The position numbers and the translations under genes are program-made. Below, piece by piece: positions 1-10,379 of a stretch of DNA of 64,000 bases. The number at the start of each line of letters is the position of its first letter. Position 1 is the first letter of the stretch. Source of the DNA: Myxococcota bacterium (lineage in GTDB: Bacteria > Myxococcota_A > Polyangia > Nannocystales > Nannocystaceae); NCBI GenBank assembly GCA_039028615.1, contig JBCCHT010000048.1, positions 1 to 64,000 on the forward strand, given 5' to 3'. The notes beneath the pieces were generated by a model. The model ran no database searches. It was not told the DNA's origin and was given only the letters and a program-made list of their open reading frames with translations.

Positions 1-811
1 CAAGAAGAAGACGTCCGCCAAGAAGAAGACGTCCGCCAAGAAGAAGACGTCCGCCAAGAAGAAGACGTCCGCCAAGAAGAAGACGTCCGCCAAGAAGAAG
101 ACGTCCGCCAAGAAGAAGTCGACCGCCAAGAAGAAGACGTCCGCCAAGAAGAAGACGTCCGCCAAGAAGAAGACGTCTGCCAAGAAGAAGTCGACCGCCA
201 AGAAGAAGACGTCTGCCAAGAAGAAGTCGACCGCCAAAAAGAAGACGTCCGCCAAGAAGAAAGCCGCGACGAAGTCGGTGGGCGCAGCGCAGCAGCTCGA
301 TCTCGCGATGGACATGGGCGCCCCGGAGCCGGAGCTCCCGGCGGGACCGCTGCAGGTCGGCGAGGCCGCCCCCGAGTTCAGCCTCGAAGCGGACGACGGC
401 CAGACCTACTCGCGCGAGAGCCTGCTGGGCCAGCGCTACGTCATCTACTTCTACCCGCGCGATAACACGCCGGGATGCACGACCGAAGCCTGTGACTTCC
501 GCGACCTCGGTCCCCGCTTCAGCGACCGCGGAGTGAAGGTGCTGGGCGTGAGCCCGGACAGCCTCACCAGCCACGGACGCTTCCGCGCCAAGTACGACCT
601 CGACTTCCCGCTGCTGGCCGACACCGATCGCCAGGTGGCCACCGCCTTCGGCGCCCTCGGCGAGAAGAACATGTACGGGAAGAAGCGCATCGGGATCATC
701 CGCAGCACCTTCGTGGTCGGATCCGACGGCAACATCGAGACGGTGTTCTCCCCCGTGCGGGTCAAGGGCCACGCCAATGCCGTCCTCGAGGCGCTCGGCG
801 AAGGATCCTGA
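1..811 (+). CDS. bcp: Peroxiredoxin Bcp/PrxQ with a Lys-rich repeat N-terminal extension (5' end lies outside the window)
   Basis: YFYPRDNTPGCTTEACDFRD (CxxxxC), GVSPD and RSTFVV motifs. The frame starting at nt 2 is open and continuous with ORF 278..811. Confidence 0.9.
   Translation, partial: KKKTSAKKKTSAKKKTSAKKKTSAKKKTSAKKKTSAKKKSTAKKKTSAKKKTSAKKKTSAKKKSTAKKKTSAKKKSTAKKKTSAKKKAATKSVGAAQQLDLAMDMGAPEPELPAGPLQVGEAAPEFSLEADDGQTYSRESLLGQRYVIYFYPRDNTPGCTTEACDFRDLGPRFSDRGVKVLGVSPDSLTSHGRFRAKYDLDFPLLADTDRQVATAFGALGEKNMYGKKRIGIIRSTFVVGSDGNIETVFSPVRVKGHANAVLEALGEGS
2..271 (+). repeat. 18-bp coding tandem repeat, (KKKTSA/KKKSTA)x14 plus one degenerate unit
   Basis: aagaagaagacgtccgcc unit repeated from nt 2 to 253, followed by KKKAAT. 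Confidence 0.95.
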
Positions 812-1946
812 TCGGCCGGCGCGACGGCGGGCGACGTGCCGACGCGAGACCGGGGCCCTCGCGGCCCTGCTCGCGCTGGCCGCCTGCACCGCCGAAGCGC
901 TCCCCCGTGAAGACGCGCCCCGCCCCACCCTCCAGCTCGCCGCCGTCGAACCGGATGCCGAGCCACCGACGGACAGCGCGGCGCGGGGCGGCTATTGGCT
1001 CGGCATCGATCTGGTCGGCCCCGCGGCGGCCCAGCAAGCCGCGACCCTCGAGGTCAGCGAAGGGCTGACACTGCTCGATCCCGCCGACCAGACCCCGCCC
1101 GGAATCCTGGTGGGGCACGTCGAAGAGGTCCAAGAGGCGATTCGCTGGGTCGATCGCCACGCCTTCGATCCCCGCGTGCCGCTGCCGAACCAGCCGCGGG
1201 CACTGCAACCCACCGCCGCCCCGACACCCGGCGGAGGCCTGCTACGGCGCCACGACGCGACGTTGGTGGCCTTCGTCATCAGCGGAGCGACCCCCGACCT
1301 GCTCCCGCGGACGATCGCGTGGCCGCTCGACCAGAGCGCCATCCTCCCCCCGGGCTCGACCTGGCAGCCGGCCGCGTTGATCCCCGTGCACGCCCCGCTC
1401 TTCGCCGCGCCCTCCCCTTCCGTGCCCCCCGCGGCCGAGGCCCACGCCATTGCCCATCGTCGCGGCGGGCTGTTCGTCCTCAACTGGTTCGACCGCTGCG
1501 AGCCGGGCCCAAACGGCGATCGATGCCTGCGCTGGGCCCAGGTCATGGTCCGCGACGGGGACCGCTTCAGCCCGGGCTACCTGCCCATGTTCCAGGTCGC
1601 CTCCCGGGGCACTTGGGTGCGAGGGTCCGAGCCCCTGCCCCGTGCGCAGCTCATCCCCATCGCGATCGAGGGCGGCCGCGCGCGCTGGCTGCTGCTCGCC
1701 CGGGGCCGCGACAACCAGCTGCATCGCCGCACGCTCGAGGCCCCCGCCGAGGCCGAGGGCTGGCCCCGCAGCAGCCTACGCATCCACGACGAGACGGCCG
1801 CGGTCATCCTGGGCGACGAGCCCACGCAGCAGTGGCGACTCGACGCGAGCCTCGATGCCCGCGGCTCGGGCACGCCCGTGCCGGACGAAGCGGCGGCCTC
1901 AGGAACCGGCGAGCCAGGGGTCGTCGATCGCGTCGCCGACCCGTAG
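777..1946 (+). CDS. Hypothetical lipoprotein
   Basis: Hydrophobic stretch plus lipobox LALAAC. Start is uncertain. Overlaps the 3' ends of bcp and of the convergent bamB-like gene. Confidence 0.6.
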   Translation: MPSSRRSAKDPDRPARRRATCRRETGALAALLALAACTAEALPREDAPRPTLQLAAVEPDAEPPTDSAARGGYWLGIDLVGPAAAQQAATLEVSEGLTLLDPADQTPPGILVGHVEEVQEAIRWVDRHAFDPRVPLPNQPRALQPTAAPTPGGGLLRRHDATLVAFVISGATPDLLPRTIAWPLDQSAILPPGSTWQPAALIPVHAPLFAAPSPSVPPAAEAHAIAHRRGGLFVLNWFDRCEPGPNGDRCLRWAQVMVRDGDRFSPGYLPMFQVASRGTWVRGSEPLPRAQLIPIAIEGGRARWLLLARGRDNQLHRRTLEAPAEAEGWPRSSLRIHDETAAVILGDEPTQQWRLDASLDARGSGTPVPDEAAASGTGEPGVVDRVADP

Positions 1947-3122
1947 CGCGACCAGCAAGCCGCGGTTGGTGATCGCGAACAAGCGCTGCAGCCCAGGATC
2001 GTAGGCGGGCACGCTGCCCATGCCGCTGCCGCTGCGCAGCTGGGCGACCAGCTCTCCGGTGGCGAGGTCGAAGGCGAGCAGGCCGAGCTCGTTGTGGGTC
2101 ACGAACACGGTGTCGTCGGCGATGATCGGCGACGAAAGCACGCCGGGATCCGTCCGCGAGCGCCAGCGCATCTGCGAGCCATCGCGCTCGATCGCGAACA
2201 CGCCCTCGAGCGACGAGGTGCCCACGAGCGCGCCATCGGGCGACGCCACCAGCGAGCCCGCGCCGCGCATCGGGAAGCTCCACTGCGCCTCACCGGAGTC
2301 GATGGACAGCGCCGAGACCCCGGTGGATTGCCCCGCGACATACACGACCCCCGCCTCGGCATCGACCAAGGGGGTGGTGTCGCAATCGATGAAGGCCCCC
2401 CCCTCGGGGGGCGCCACGGAGGCGAGCCACAGCGCCTGGCCGGAGCCGGCAGCCAAGGCCGCGACCTTGCCGTTGTCGAAGCAGGCGTACAGCGTCCCCA
2501 GGTCCACGCCCTCTTCCGCCGCGGCCACGAAGGCCAGGCCAGCGTGGCCGTGCACGGTGAACTCGGACTGGAGCTCTTGCTCGTACTGCCAGCGCCACTC
2601 GCCCGTGCGCAGGTCGAGCGCGTAGATCTGGTCTCGCGAATTGACGAAGAAGGCGACGCCCTGGTGCACCACCGGCTCGTTGCGGATGCGCCCCGGCGTC
2701 TCGTAGCTCCACACCGTGTCGCGGGTGTCGAGATCCAGCGCATGCAGGACGCCGTTGTCGGTGCCGACGAGCAAGACCCCGGCCCCGTCGCCTTCGTCCA
2801 CGATGACCGGCACGCCGCTCACCGCTCCGCCCAGGGACATCTCCCAGCGTACGGTGCCGTCGCGGGCATCGAGGCCGAAGAGGTAGCCGTCGCGGACGCC
2901 CGCGTAGAGCAGGCCGCGGTTGGAGTCGACGGTGACGCCCCCGAACTCGTCGGGGCGAAGTACGAAGTTGTCGGGCTGCGTGAGCGTCTGCGTATAGTCG
3001 ACGGTCATCACCGCGCGGGCGACTTGGTTGTCATCCGGGTAGATGAGCTCGACCTCGTCACGCGCACCGCAGCCGGTCGCGAGCCATACGCCCAGAAGGC
3101 CGATGCTCGCCCGACGCATCAC
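1899..3122 (-). CDS. bamB: PQQ-repeat beta-propeller lipoprotein, BamB-like
   Basis: Lipobox LATGC and repeated ALD-x-x-TG-x-x-x-W blades. Lies directly downstream of a YfgM-like gene with a 4-nt overlap. Confidence 0.7.
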   Translation of the reverse strand: MMRRASIGLLGVWLATGCGARDEVELIYPDDNQVARAVMTVDYTQTLTQPDNFVLRPDEFGGVTVDSNRGLLYAGVRDGYLFGLDARDGTVRWEMSLGGAVSGVPVIVDEGDGAGVLLVGTDNGVLHALDLDTRDTVWSYETPGRIRNEPVVHQGVAFFVNSRDQIYALDLRTGEWRWQYEQELQSEFTVHGHAGLAFVAAAEEGVDLGTLYACFDNGKVAALAAGSGQALWLASVAPPEGGAFIDCDTTPLVDAEAGVVYVAGQSTGVSALSIDSGEAQWSFPMRGAGSLVASPDGALVGTSSLEGVFAIERDGSQMRWRSRTDPGVLSSPIIADDTVFVTHNELGLLAFDLATGELVAQLRSGSGMGSVPAYDPGLQRLFAITNRGLLVALRVGDAIDDPWLAGS

Positions 3123-4222
3123 TGCGGGAACCCACCCAAGCCGCCGAGGCCCTGCAGACCGCCCAGTGGGTTTTCGGGCAGCGGCGGCACCGAGCTGGGA
3201 TCGAGTTCCTCGAGCCGGGCCCGCACCTCGTCGGAGGCCAGCGACGGCTTGTCGAGCGGGAACTCCTCGGCGTACTGCTGGTACACGGCCAGCGCCTCGT
3301 CACCGCGCTCGGCGGACTCGAGGATCCGGCCTTTGTGCCACAGCGCCTGATCCCGATAGAAGTCTTCCTTGACGCCGCCGAGCATCGGCTCGAGCTCGGC
3401 CAGGGCGTCGTCCCAGCGCTCTTGGTTCTCGAGGCTCACCGCCAGCCCCTCGCGGGCGAGGAACACCAGGCGATGGCCGGGCTGTCGCTGCAGGAAGCCG
3501 CGGTACGCCTTCTCGGCCGACTCGAACTCCAGCGCCCGCATGAGCCGAGCCGCCCGCACGAGGTCGGCGACCTCGTTGGCGTCGGTGTCGCCGGCCTTCT
3601 CTTCGAGGTCCGCCAGCGCGCCGTCGACGATGGTGCGCAGGTCGTCCTCGGTCTGCGCCACCGGACCCGGCAAGGGCCGCGTTCGCTTGCCCATGACTTC
3701 GTCGTACTGCTCGTCGGCCTGTCCGCGTGCCTCGAAGGTCACCGCCTTGGACAAGATGGCGGTGGCCGAAGCTCGCGTCGACTTCTGGCCTTGCATCCAC
3801 GCGTAGACGCCAGCGCTCACGCCCGCGACCACCACGATGAGGCCGATGACCGCGGCCGGGCGCTGCAGGATGCCCTGCCCCGCCTTGCGCACGGAGGCCT
3901 GGAACGCGTCCTGCTCCTCGCCCTTGGGCGCCTTGCGCTTGACCCGGGCCCGGTTCCACTTGGGCAGGTCGCGGCGCTCGGGGCCATCGTCGGAGTCGTC
4001 GTCCGACGTCTTGGCCAGCGCGGTGGACTCGCTCTTCGCCTTGGCGTCGTCACTGCCGCCGCTGTTGCTGGCGGACGACCGACGCTTTCGACGGCTGGTT
4101 CGCGGCTTGCTCGACGCGCTCGCGGATCCCTTGGCCTTGGCGGCCTTGTCCTCGTTCGCGGCGTCGGCGGCCGCTTCGCCGCCTTCGGCGGATTCCGGGT
4201 CTTTGGCTTGCTCGTCGCTCAC
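3119..4222 (-). CDS. YfgM-like single-TM tetratricopeptide repeat protein with a disordered N-terminus
   Basis: TM segment VIGLIVVVAGVSAGVYAW followed by TPR helices. Synteny with bamB. GTG start at 4222 is an estimate. Confidence 0.7.
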   Translation of the reverse strand: MSDEQAKDPESAEGGEAAADAANEDKAAKAKGSASASSKPRTSRRKRRSSASNSGGSDDAKAKSESTALAKTSDDDSDDGPERRDLPKWNRARVKRKAPKGEEQDAFQASVRKAGQGILQRPAAVIGLIVVVAGVSAGVYAWMQGQKSTRASATAILSKAVTFEARGQADEQYDEVMGKRTRPLPGPVAQTEDDLRTIVDGALADLEEKAGDTDANEVADLVRAARLMRALEFESAEKAYRGFLQRQPGHRLVFLAREGLAVSLENQERWDDALAELEPMLGGVKEDFYRDQALWHKGRILESAERGDEALAVYQQYAEEFPLDKPSLASDEVRARLEELDPSSVPPLPENPLGGLQGLGGLGGFPQ

Positions 4223-4295
4223 GGGCTGGAGCGAGGTGTCTACCGAACGCTCCTGCGCGTGTCCACTCGCCTGGGCTATAACCGGCAGGCCACCA

Positions 4296-5153
4296 ATGCA
4301 CGTGGGCGCCGCACCCGAGTCGAGACCGACGGTCCGAGGGCACCGTCGAGCGGCCACTGCGCTGGGCGTAGCGGCCTTGCTGGCCACGTGCGCCGCCCGT
4401 GGGCCCCGGCCGGCCGCGGCCGCCGAGGGCTCTTCTGCGCCCTCTCCCACGGCCGAGCGGCCCCGAGATCCCAACGATCGCCCCCCGATGGCGCCCCCCA
4501 ACGGGCAGCCGATGCCGGACACCTTGCGCCAGGACGTGGATCACACGAGCCCGAGGTCCCGTCGCTTCCGCGCCCTGCTCACCGCCTCGCCGCTGTACGC
4601 CTCGTTCCGCCTGCCCTTCTTGGGGCGGCCCCGGGTGCCCGTGCGCGGCTTCGGCGTCGGGCTCGCCGCGCAGTTCGAGGTGTGGCGCCCCCTGGGACTA
4701 CGCATTACCGCCTCGCACTCGATCCACCCGGTGGGCAACGAGTTCGTGCGTGACGAAGACGACGTCGCGATTCACGTGGCCGGCCGCGGGCTCATCCAGG
4801 CCACGCACGTCGGGGTCTCGGGCACCTTCGCCATGGACCTGGGCCGCGTTCGCCCCACCCTCGACGCGGGCGTCGGCGGGATGTGGATCCGCAGCCCCGA
4901 CTCGATCCAGGACGGCCAAGCGGGCGGGGCGTGCCTGGCCAACAACCTCTGCGACACGGGCCTGGTCTGCGGTGCCGACGAAGTCTGCCGCGGCGGGTTG
5001 ACGCCCCAGATCCACGGAGGTTTCGGCGTCGACGTGATGGTCGGTGACCGCTTCGCGGTGGGGAGCGAGATTCGCTACTACGCCCTCATCTCTGCGCCCA
5101 CGAGCTATCCCGTGTACCTGGTGGCGGGGCTCCGCGGCAGCCTGCGTTTTTGA
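4296..5153 (+). CDS. Putative outer-membrane beta-barrel protein with a Cys-rich loop
   Basis: Signal-like N-terminus, alternating amphipathic strands and C-terminal LRGSLRF. Start is an estimate. Confidence 0.65.
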   Translation: MHVGAAPESRPTVRGHRRAATALGVAALLATCAARGPRPAAAAEGSSAPSPTAERPRDPNDRPPMAPPNGQPMPDTLRQDVDHTSPRSRRFRALLTASPLYASFRLPFLGRPRVPVRGFGVGLAAQFEVWRPLGLRITASHSIHPVGNEFVRDEDDVAIHVAGRGLIQATHVGVSGTFAMDLGRVRPTLDAGVGGMWIRSPDSIQDGQAGGACLANNLCDTGLVCGADEVCRGGLTPQIHGGFGVDVMVGDRFAVGSEIRYYALISAPTSYPVYLVAGLRGSLRF

Positions 5154-5173
5154 GTCGGCCTTCGAAACGAACA

Positions 5174-5208
5174 AAGGCCCCCACGTCGCGCTGCGACATG
5201 GAGGCCTT
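5174..5208. terminator. Hairpin between convergent genes
   Basis: AAGGCC..GTCGC-GCT-GCGAC..GGCCTT, with a U-rich tail on the minus strand. Confidence 0.55.
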
Positions 5209-5231
5209 CGCCTCGTTCGACCGGCCCTAGC

Positions 5232-6920
5232 CTACGGCAGGGTCGGGCAGTCGATGGCCTTGTTCTGCGACAGCTGACACGTCGCGCTGACGGCCGTGCC
5301 GCCCGGGGCCGGGAAGCCGTCGCGGCGCGACAGCACGAACTCGAGGTTCCAACCCGCGTCGACGCAGAATTCGCTCATGTCGTCGTTGTCGCGACCGGTG
5401 GCCTTCTCCGCGCTGCCGTCGTCGACCAGCGCCAGGAAGCAGACGTTGTCGTCGTCGCTCGGGAAGGAGCCGTCCTCTTGGCACTCGGGGATGGTGGTCG
5501 AGTCGAAGGAGCCGTCCTCGTTGGGAGCCTCCTGCACCAGGACACACGAGGGCTCGAGCGTGGTCGAGGTCGGGTCCGTGTCGGCGACACAGGCGGGCAT
5601 GCAGGCCGGCTTCACCTGGTCGGCGATCGCCTCGGCGATGGCGCGAAGGGCCGGCGAGTAGTCCGACTCGCAGATCGAGAACATGTTGCCGCTGGTGCCG
5701 ACCTCGAACTGGCTGGCGAACTCCGCCATACGCACCGGGGGAACGGCCTCACCCGCGCTGCTCGAACAACCCGGGCCGATGCCGAAGTCCGACTGGAACT
5801 CGGGATCCTGGAGCGCGTCCTGGTAGGTGATGGTGCCGTCGCTGTTGACACCACCGATGACCGCGACCAGCACCTCCTGCTCGGGGGTGATGCGCTGCTT
5901 GTTGTTCTCGAACTCCTGGACGAAGTCCGTGTAGCGGTTGAGCGGGCGAAGCACCGCGTCGTCGGCCGCCGCGTCGTCGGAGACCTCGTTGCCCGAAGCG
6001 TCGAGGTTGACCGAGCGGCACTCGTCGTAGGTGCCCGAACCGGTGCACGCGACACCGGCGTTCCAGCACACGGCCGAGGACGGTGCGGGGGCGGTGTTGT
6101 CGGTCCAGAAGACACGCTCGCCGTCGGGGAGGAAGATGGTCTCCCAGTCGTCGTTGTAGGAGCAGTCCGCCTCGTCGGTCACGTGGACGACGGAGAGGAT
6201 CGCGTTGTCGCGGATGAAGCCGTAGGAGGCCTCAGTCTCCGTCTGGGAGCGCTTGAGCGCCTTCCACATCGACTCGAGGTGAGCCTCGAAACCGCAACCG
6301 TTGATGCCCTGCGGACCAAAGCACTGGAACGCCTGCGTGGTGGTGAGACCGTCGGGCAGGTTGGTGCGGCCCTCGATGTTCTCGAGCCAGGGACGGGCCT
6401 TGGCCTCGGGGTCGCGCGCCGTGGTGGTCGGCGTAATCTCGATGGCGTCGAGGCTCAGGCCGCCCTCGGACGTCGCGGGACACACCGCTTCACACGCTTC
6501 GGCATACGCGTCGATCTGCACCGCACCGTCGAACACGAACTCGGGCGCACGGCTACGACACGAGGTCAGGCGAAGGTTGCCCGCCTCGGGACCGGTGCCC
6601 TGACACCAGGGGTTGCCGTTGTCCGTGGTCGTCACGCCGATGCGATAGTTCGCCTCGACCTCCGGTGCCTCGAGCACGGAGATGAACGCCGAGAAGTTCG
6701 AAGCGAGCGTCGCCTGCTCCTCACCCATCGAGCCCGAGTTGTCGATGACGAAGAGGATGTCGACGTCCTTGTTCACCGTCAGCGCAATGGCGTCTTGCGC
6801 CTCCTGCGCTTGCTCGTATTCGACCGGCTTGAGCGGATGGTCCAAGCAAGCGAACAGAGACGGGAGGGCGACCGCGGCCCCCACCAGCAAGGTGAGTCGA
6901 GAAGAGAAGGATGCGTGCAT
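5232..6920 (-). CDS. Cys-rich VWA-domain lipoprotein, paralog 1
   Basis: Lipobox LFAC, MIDAS motif DILFVIDNSGSM, VTDEAD and many paired Cys. Confidence 0.85.
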   Translation of the reverse strand: MHASFSSRLTLLVGAAVALPSLFACLDHPLKPVEYEQAQEAQDAIALTVNKDVDILFVIDNSGSMGEEQATLASNFSAFISVLEAPEVEANYRIGVTTTDNGNPWCQGTGPEAGNLRLTSCRSRAPEFVFDGAVQIDAYAEACEAVCPATSEGGLSLDAIEITPTTTARDPEAKARPWLENIEGRTNLPDGLTTTQAFQCFGPQGINGCGFEAHLESMWKALKRSQTETEASYGFIRDNAILSVVHVTDEADCSYNDDWETIFLPDGERVFWTDNTAPAPSSAVCWNAGVACTGSGTYDECRSVNLDASGNEVSDDAAADDAVLRPLNRYTDFVQEFENNKQRITPEQEVLVAVIGGVNSDGTITYQDALQDPEFQSDFGIGPGCSSSAGEAVPPVRMAEFASQFEVGTSGNMFSICESDYSPALRAIAEAIADQVKPACMPACVADTDPTSTTLEPSCVLVQEAPNEDGSFDSTTIPECQEDGSFPSDDDNVCFLALVDDGSAEKATGRDNDDMSEFCVDAGWNLEFVLSRRDGFPAPGGTAVSATCQLSQNKAIDCPTLP

Positions 6921-6958
6921 CGGTGTTCGTCCGTCCTGAGGTCCGGCTGCCGTGGTTA

Positions 6959-6976
6959 TAGCAAAGAGGAGACCAA
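6959..6976 (-). promoter_or_regulatory. Putative sigma54 (-24/-12) promoter
   Basis: Minus strand reads TTGG-TCTCCTCTTT-GCTA (GG-N10-GC), about 40 nt upstream of the ATG. Confidence 0.6.
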
Positions 6977-7094
6977 CCGAATGGCCAACAATTCCGTGGG
7001 GCCCGAAAAAGGGGGTGCCAATCAGATTGACGTTTTTGTGTCAAAATCTCGCAACTCGGTTGGCGATCGCAAAAGCGGTTGTCAACGCGGGGCG

Positions 7095-8717
7095 CTAGCC
7101 CGCGCAGTCGATGTAAGGCCGATCCGAGATCTCGCAGGTCGCGCTGACGTCGCCATAGCGGGCCTCGGGGTTGCGAAGGAAGCGCAGCTCCACGTTGAGC
7201 TCGGCTTCGCGGCACGTCGGGTGCAGTTCTTCCCCGCTGACCGCATAGACACACAGATCCTGGCCCTCGGTGAGTTCGAACTCCCCGTCGGCGCCGCGGC
7301 GGCACGTCTCGACGGAACTGGACGTGCCGTCGACCTCGTGCACCACGGTGCAGGTGGAGAGATCGCCATCGATGATCTCGCTCGCTCCCTGCACGCAGGC
7401 ATCGATGCAGCTGGGTCGCAGACGATCGGGCAGGCGCTCGGCGATGGAGGTCAGCGCCTGCACGTAGTTCGCGTTGCAGATCGAATAGAGGTTGGGCGAG
7501 CCGGCGTCACCGTCGAACACCTCGGCCAAGGTTCGCAGTCGGACCGGCGGTACCGCCTGCCCGTTGTCGCTCGTGCAGCCGGGGCCGACGCCGAAGTTGT
7601 CGACGAACTCGCCGGTCGCGGCGGTGTCGTAGTGGATCGATTGCGCGCCGTCGTTGGCCACGCCGGCGATCACCGAGACCAGCACCTGCGAGCCCGGCTG
7701 CCCCGTGACGCGCCGCTTGAACTCGTCGATCTCGTACAGCAACTCCATGTAGCGATCGAGCGGCTGCAGCACCTCGGAACCTTCGTTGGCAGGGTTGCCA
7801 TTGGCATCGAGGTCGACGGGGTCACAGTGCACGCGCCCTTCGGAGGTGGTCTCGCAGCTCACGCCGGCGTTCCAGCATACCGCGCTGGGGGCGAGCTGCG
7901 CGTCGGTGTCGGGCCACAAGGCACGATCGCCGTCGGGGTCGAACGCCGCGAGCGCCCCCGCCCCGGTGGAGCAATCGGCCTCGTCGGTGATGAACACGAC
8001 CAAGAGCAACGCGTCGTCGCGCAAGAAGCCCTCCCCCGCTTCGCCCGTTCGCGTGCTGCGAAGCAGCGTCTTGTACATGGACTCCAGCGGAGACTCGTAG
8101 CCGCAGCCGTTGATCCCCTGCGGCCCCCAGCACGCCAGCGCCTGGGCCGTGGTCACGCCCTCGGGCAAGTTGGTCAGGCCGAGGCCGCGCTCGAGCCACG
8201 GCCGTGCCTGGGGCTGTTCGTCGTCGGCCGTCGGATCGAGCCGCGAGGGCACCGTGGTCAGCTCCGCCAGGCTCTCGGGGCATGACTCCAAGCAGGCCTC
8301 CTCGCGCCGATCGACCTCGTCGCCGAGCCCGGGCAGGAACACGAAGTCGTCGAGGTGCGTGCGACAGCTGCGGAGCTGCAGCGCCCCCGCCTCGGGCGTG
8401 GTCCCGTTGCAGTAGGGGTTGCCGTTGTCGGTGGTGGTGATGCCGATGCGATAGTCGGCATCGACCTCGGGCCGCTCGAGGAACTCGACGAAGGCGGAGA
8501 AGTTCGAGGCCAAGACCGCCTGCTCCTCGCCCATCGAGCCCGAGTTGTCGACCACGAACAAGACGTCGACCTTGCGGCCGTGGTCGATCTGCAGGCCGGC
8601 CAGGATCTCGCCTTCGGACTGCAGCGACACCTCTTTGAGCGGATGATCGAGGCAACCGGTCGTGGGCAGCAGGCCGAGGGTGAGCATGGCGAGGGGCAGC
8701 AGCGATCGTCGAATCAT
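7095..8717 (-). CDS. Cys-rich VWA-domain lipoprotein, paralog 2
   Basis: Lipobox TTGC, DVLFVVDNSGSM and ITDEAD. Collinear with paralog 1 (CLDHPLK, GPQGINGCG, AVPPVR). AAAGGA RBS precedes the ATG at 8717. Confidence 0.85.
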   Translation of the reverse strand: MIRRSLLPLAMLTLGLLPTTGCLDHPLKEVSLQSEGEILAGLQIDHGRKVDVLFVVDNSGSMGEEQAVLASNFSAFVEFLERPEVDADYRIGITTTDNGNPYCNGTTPEAGALQLRSCRTHLDDFVFLPGLGDEVDRREEACLESCPESLAELTTVPSRLDPTADDEQPQARPWLERGLGLTNLPEGVTTAQALACWGPQGINGCGYESPLESMYKTLLRSTRTGEAGEGFLRDDALLLVVFITDEADCSTGAGALAAFDPDGDRALWPDTDAQLAPSAVCWNAGVSCETTSEGRVHCDPVDLDANGNPANEGSEVLQPLDRYMELLYEIDEFKRRVTGQPGSQVLVSVIAGVANDGAQSIHYDTAATGEFVDNFGVGPGCTSDNGQAVPPVRLRTLAEVFDGDAGSPNLYSICNANYVQALTSIAERLPDRLRPSCIDACVQGASEIIDGDLSTCTVVHEVDGTSSSVETCRRGADGEFELTEGQDLCVYAVSGEELHPTCREAELNVELRFLRNPEARYGDVSATCEISDRPYIDCAG

Positions 8718-8849
8718 CGTGGGGTGCATCCTTTCGGCGCCAGGCCGCACGCTGCCGTCGGGGTGCGAGCGACACCGAGAGCAGAGGACTCCGCGGGTGT
8801 GCACTCGACCCGTGATGGACAACCGGGACGTGGCGACGCTCCCCTACTT

Positions 8850-8866
8850 CGCAAGGCTGACGCCAG
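8850..8866 (-). promoter_or_regulatory. Putative sigma54 (-24/-12) promoter
   Basis: Minus strand reads CTGG-CGTCAGCCTT-GCG (TGGC..TTGC, GG-N10-GC). Confidence 0.6.
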
Positions 8867-8996
8867 CCTTCGCGACGCAGTGATTTCGCGTAGATGGGCG
8901 CGACCGCAGCTCACGGAGCAACGCGCGTTGGCGGTGAACCGGGTTGGCTTCGACAACTCGGTTTACGGCCACGGGCGCCGGTCGGGGCGCGAACGC

Positions 8997-10375
<1,379 letters not shown>

Positions 10376-10379
<4 letters not shown>

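Noticed and set aside
2..271. 18-bp tandem array as a CRISPR or non-coding satellite
   Set aside because: There are no unique spacers and no cas genes, and the array is in frame with bcp.
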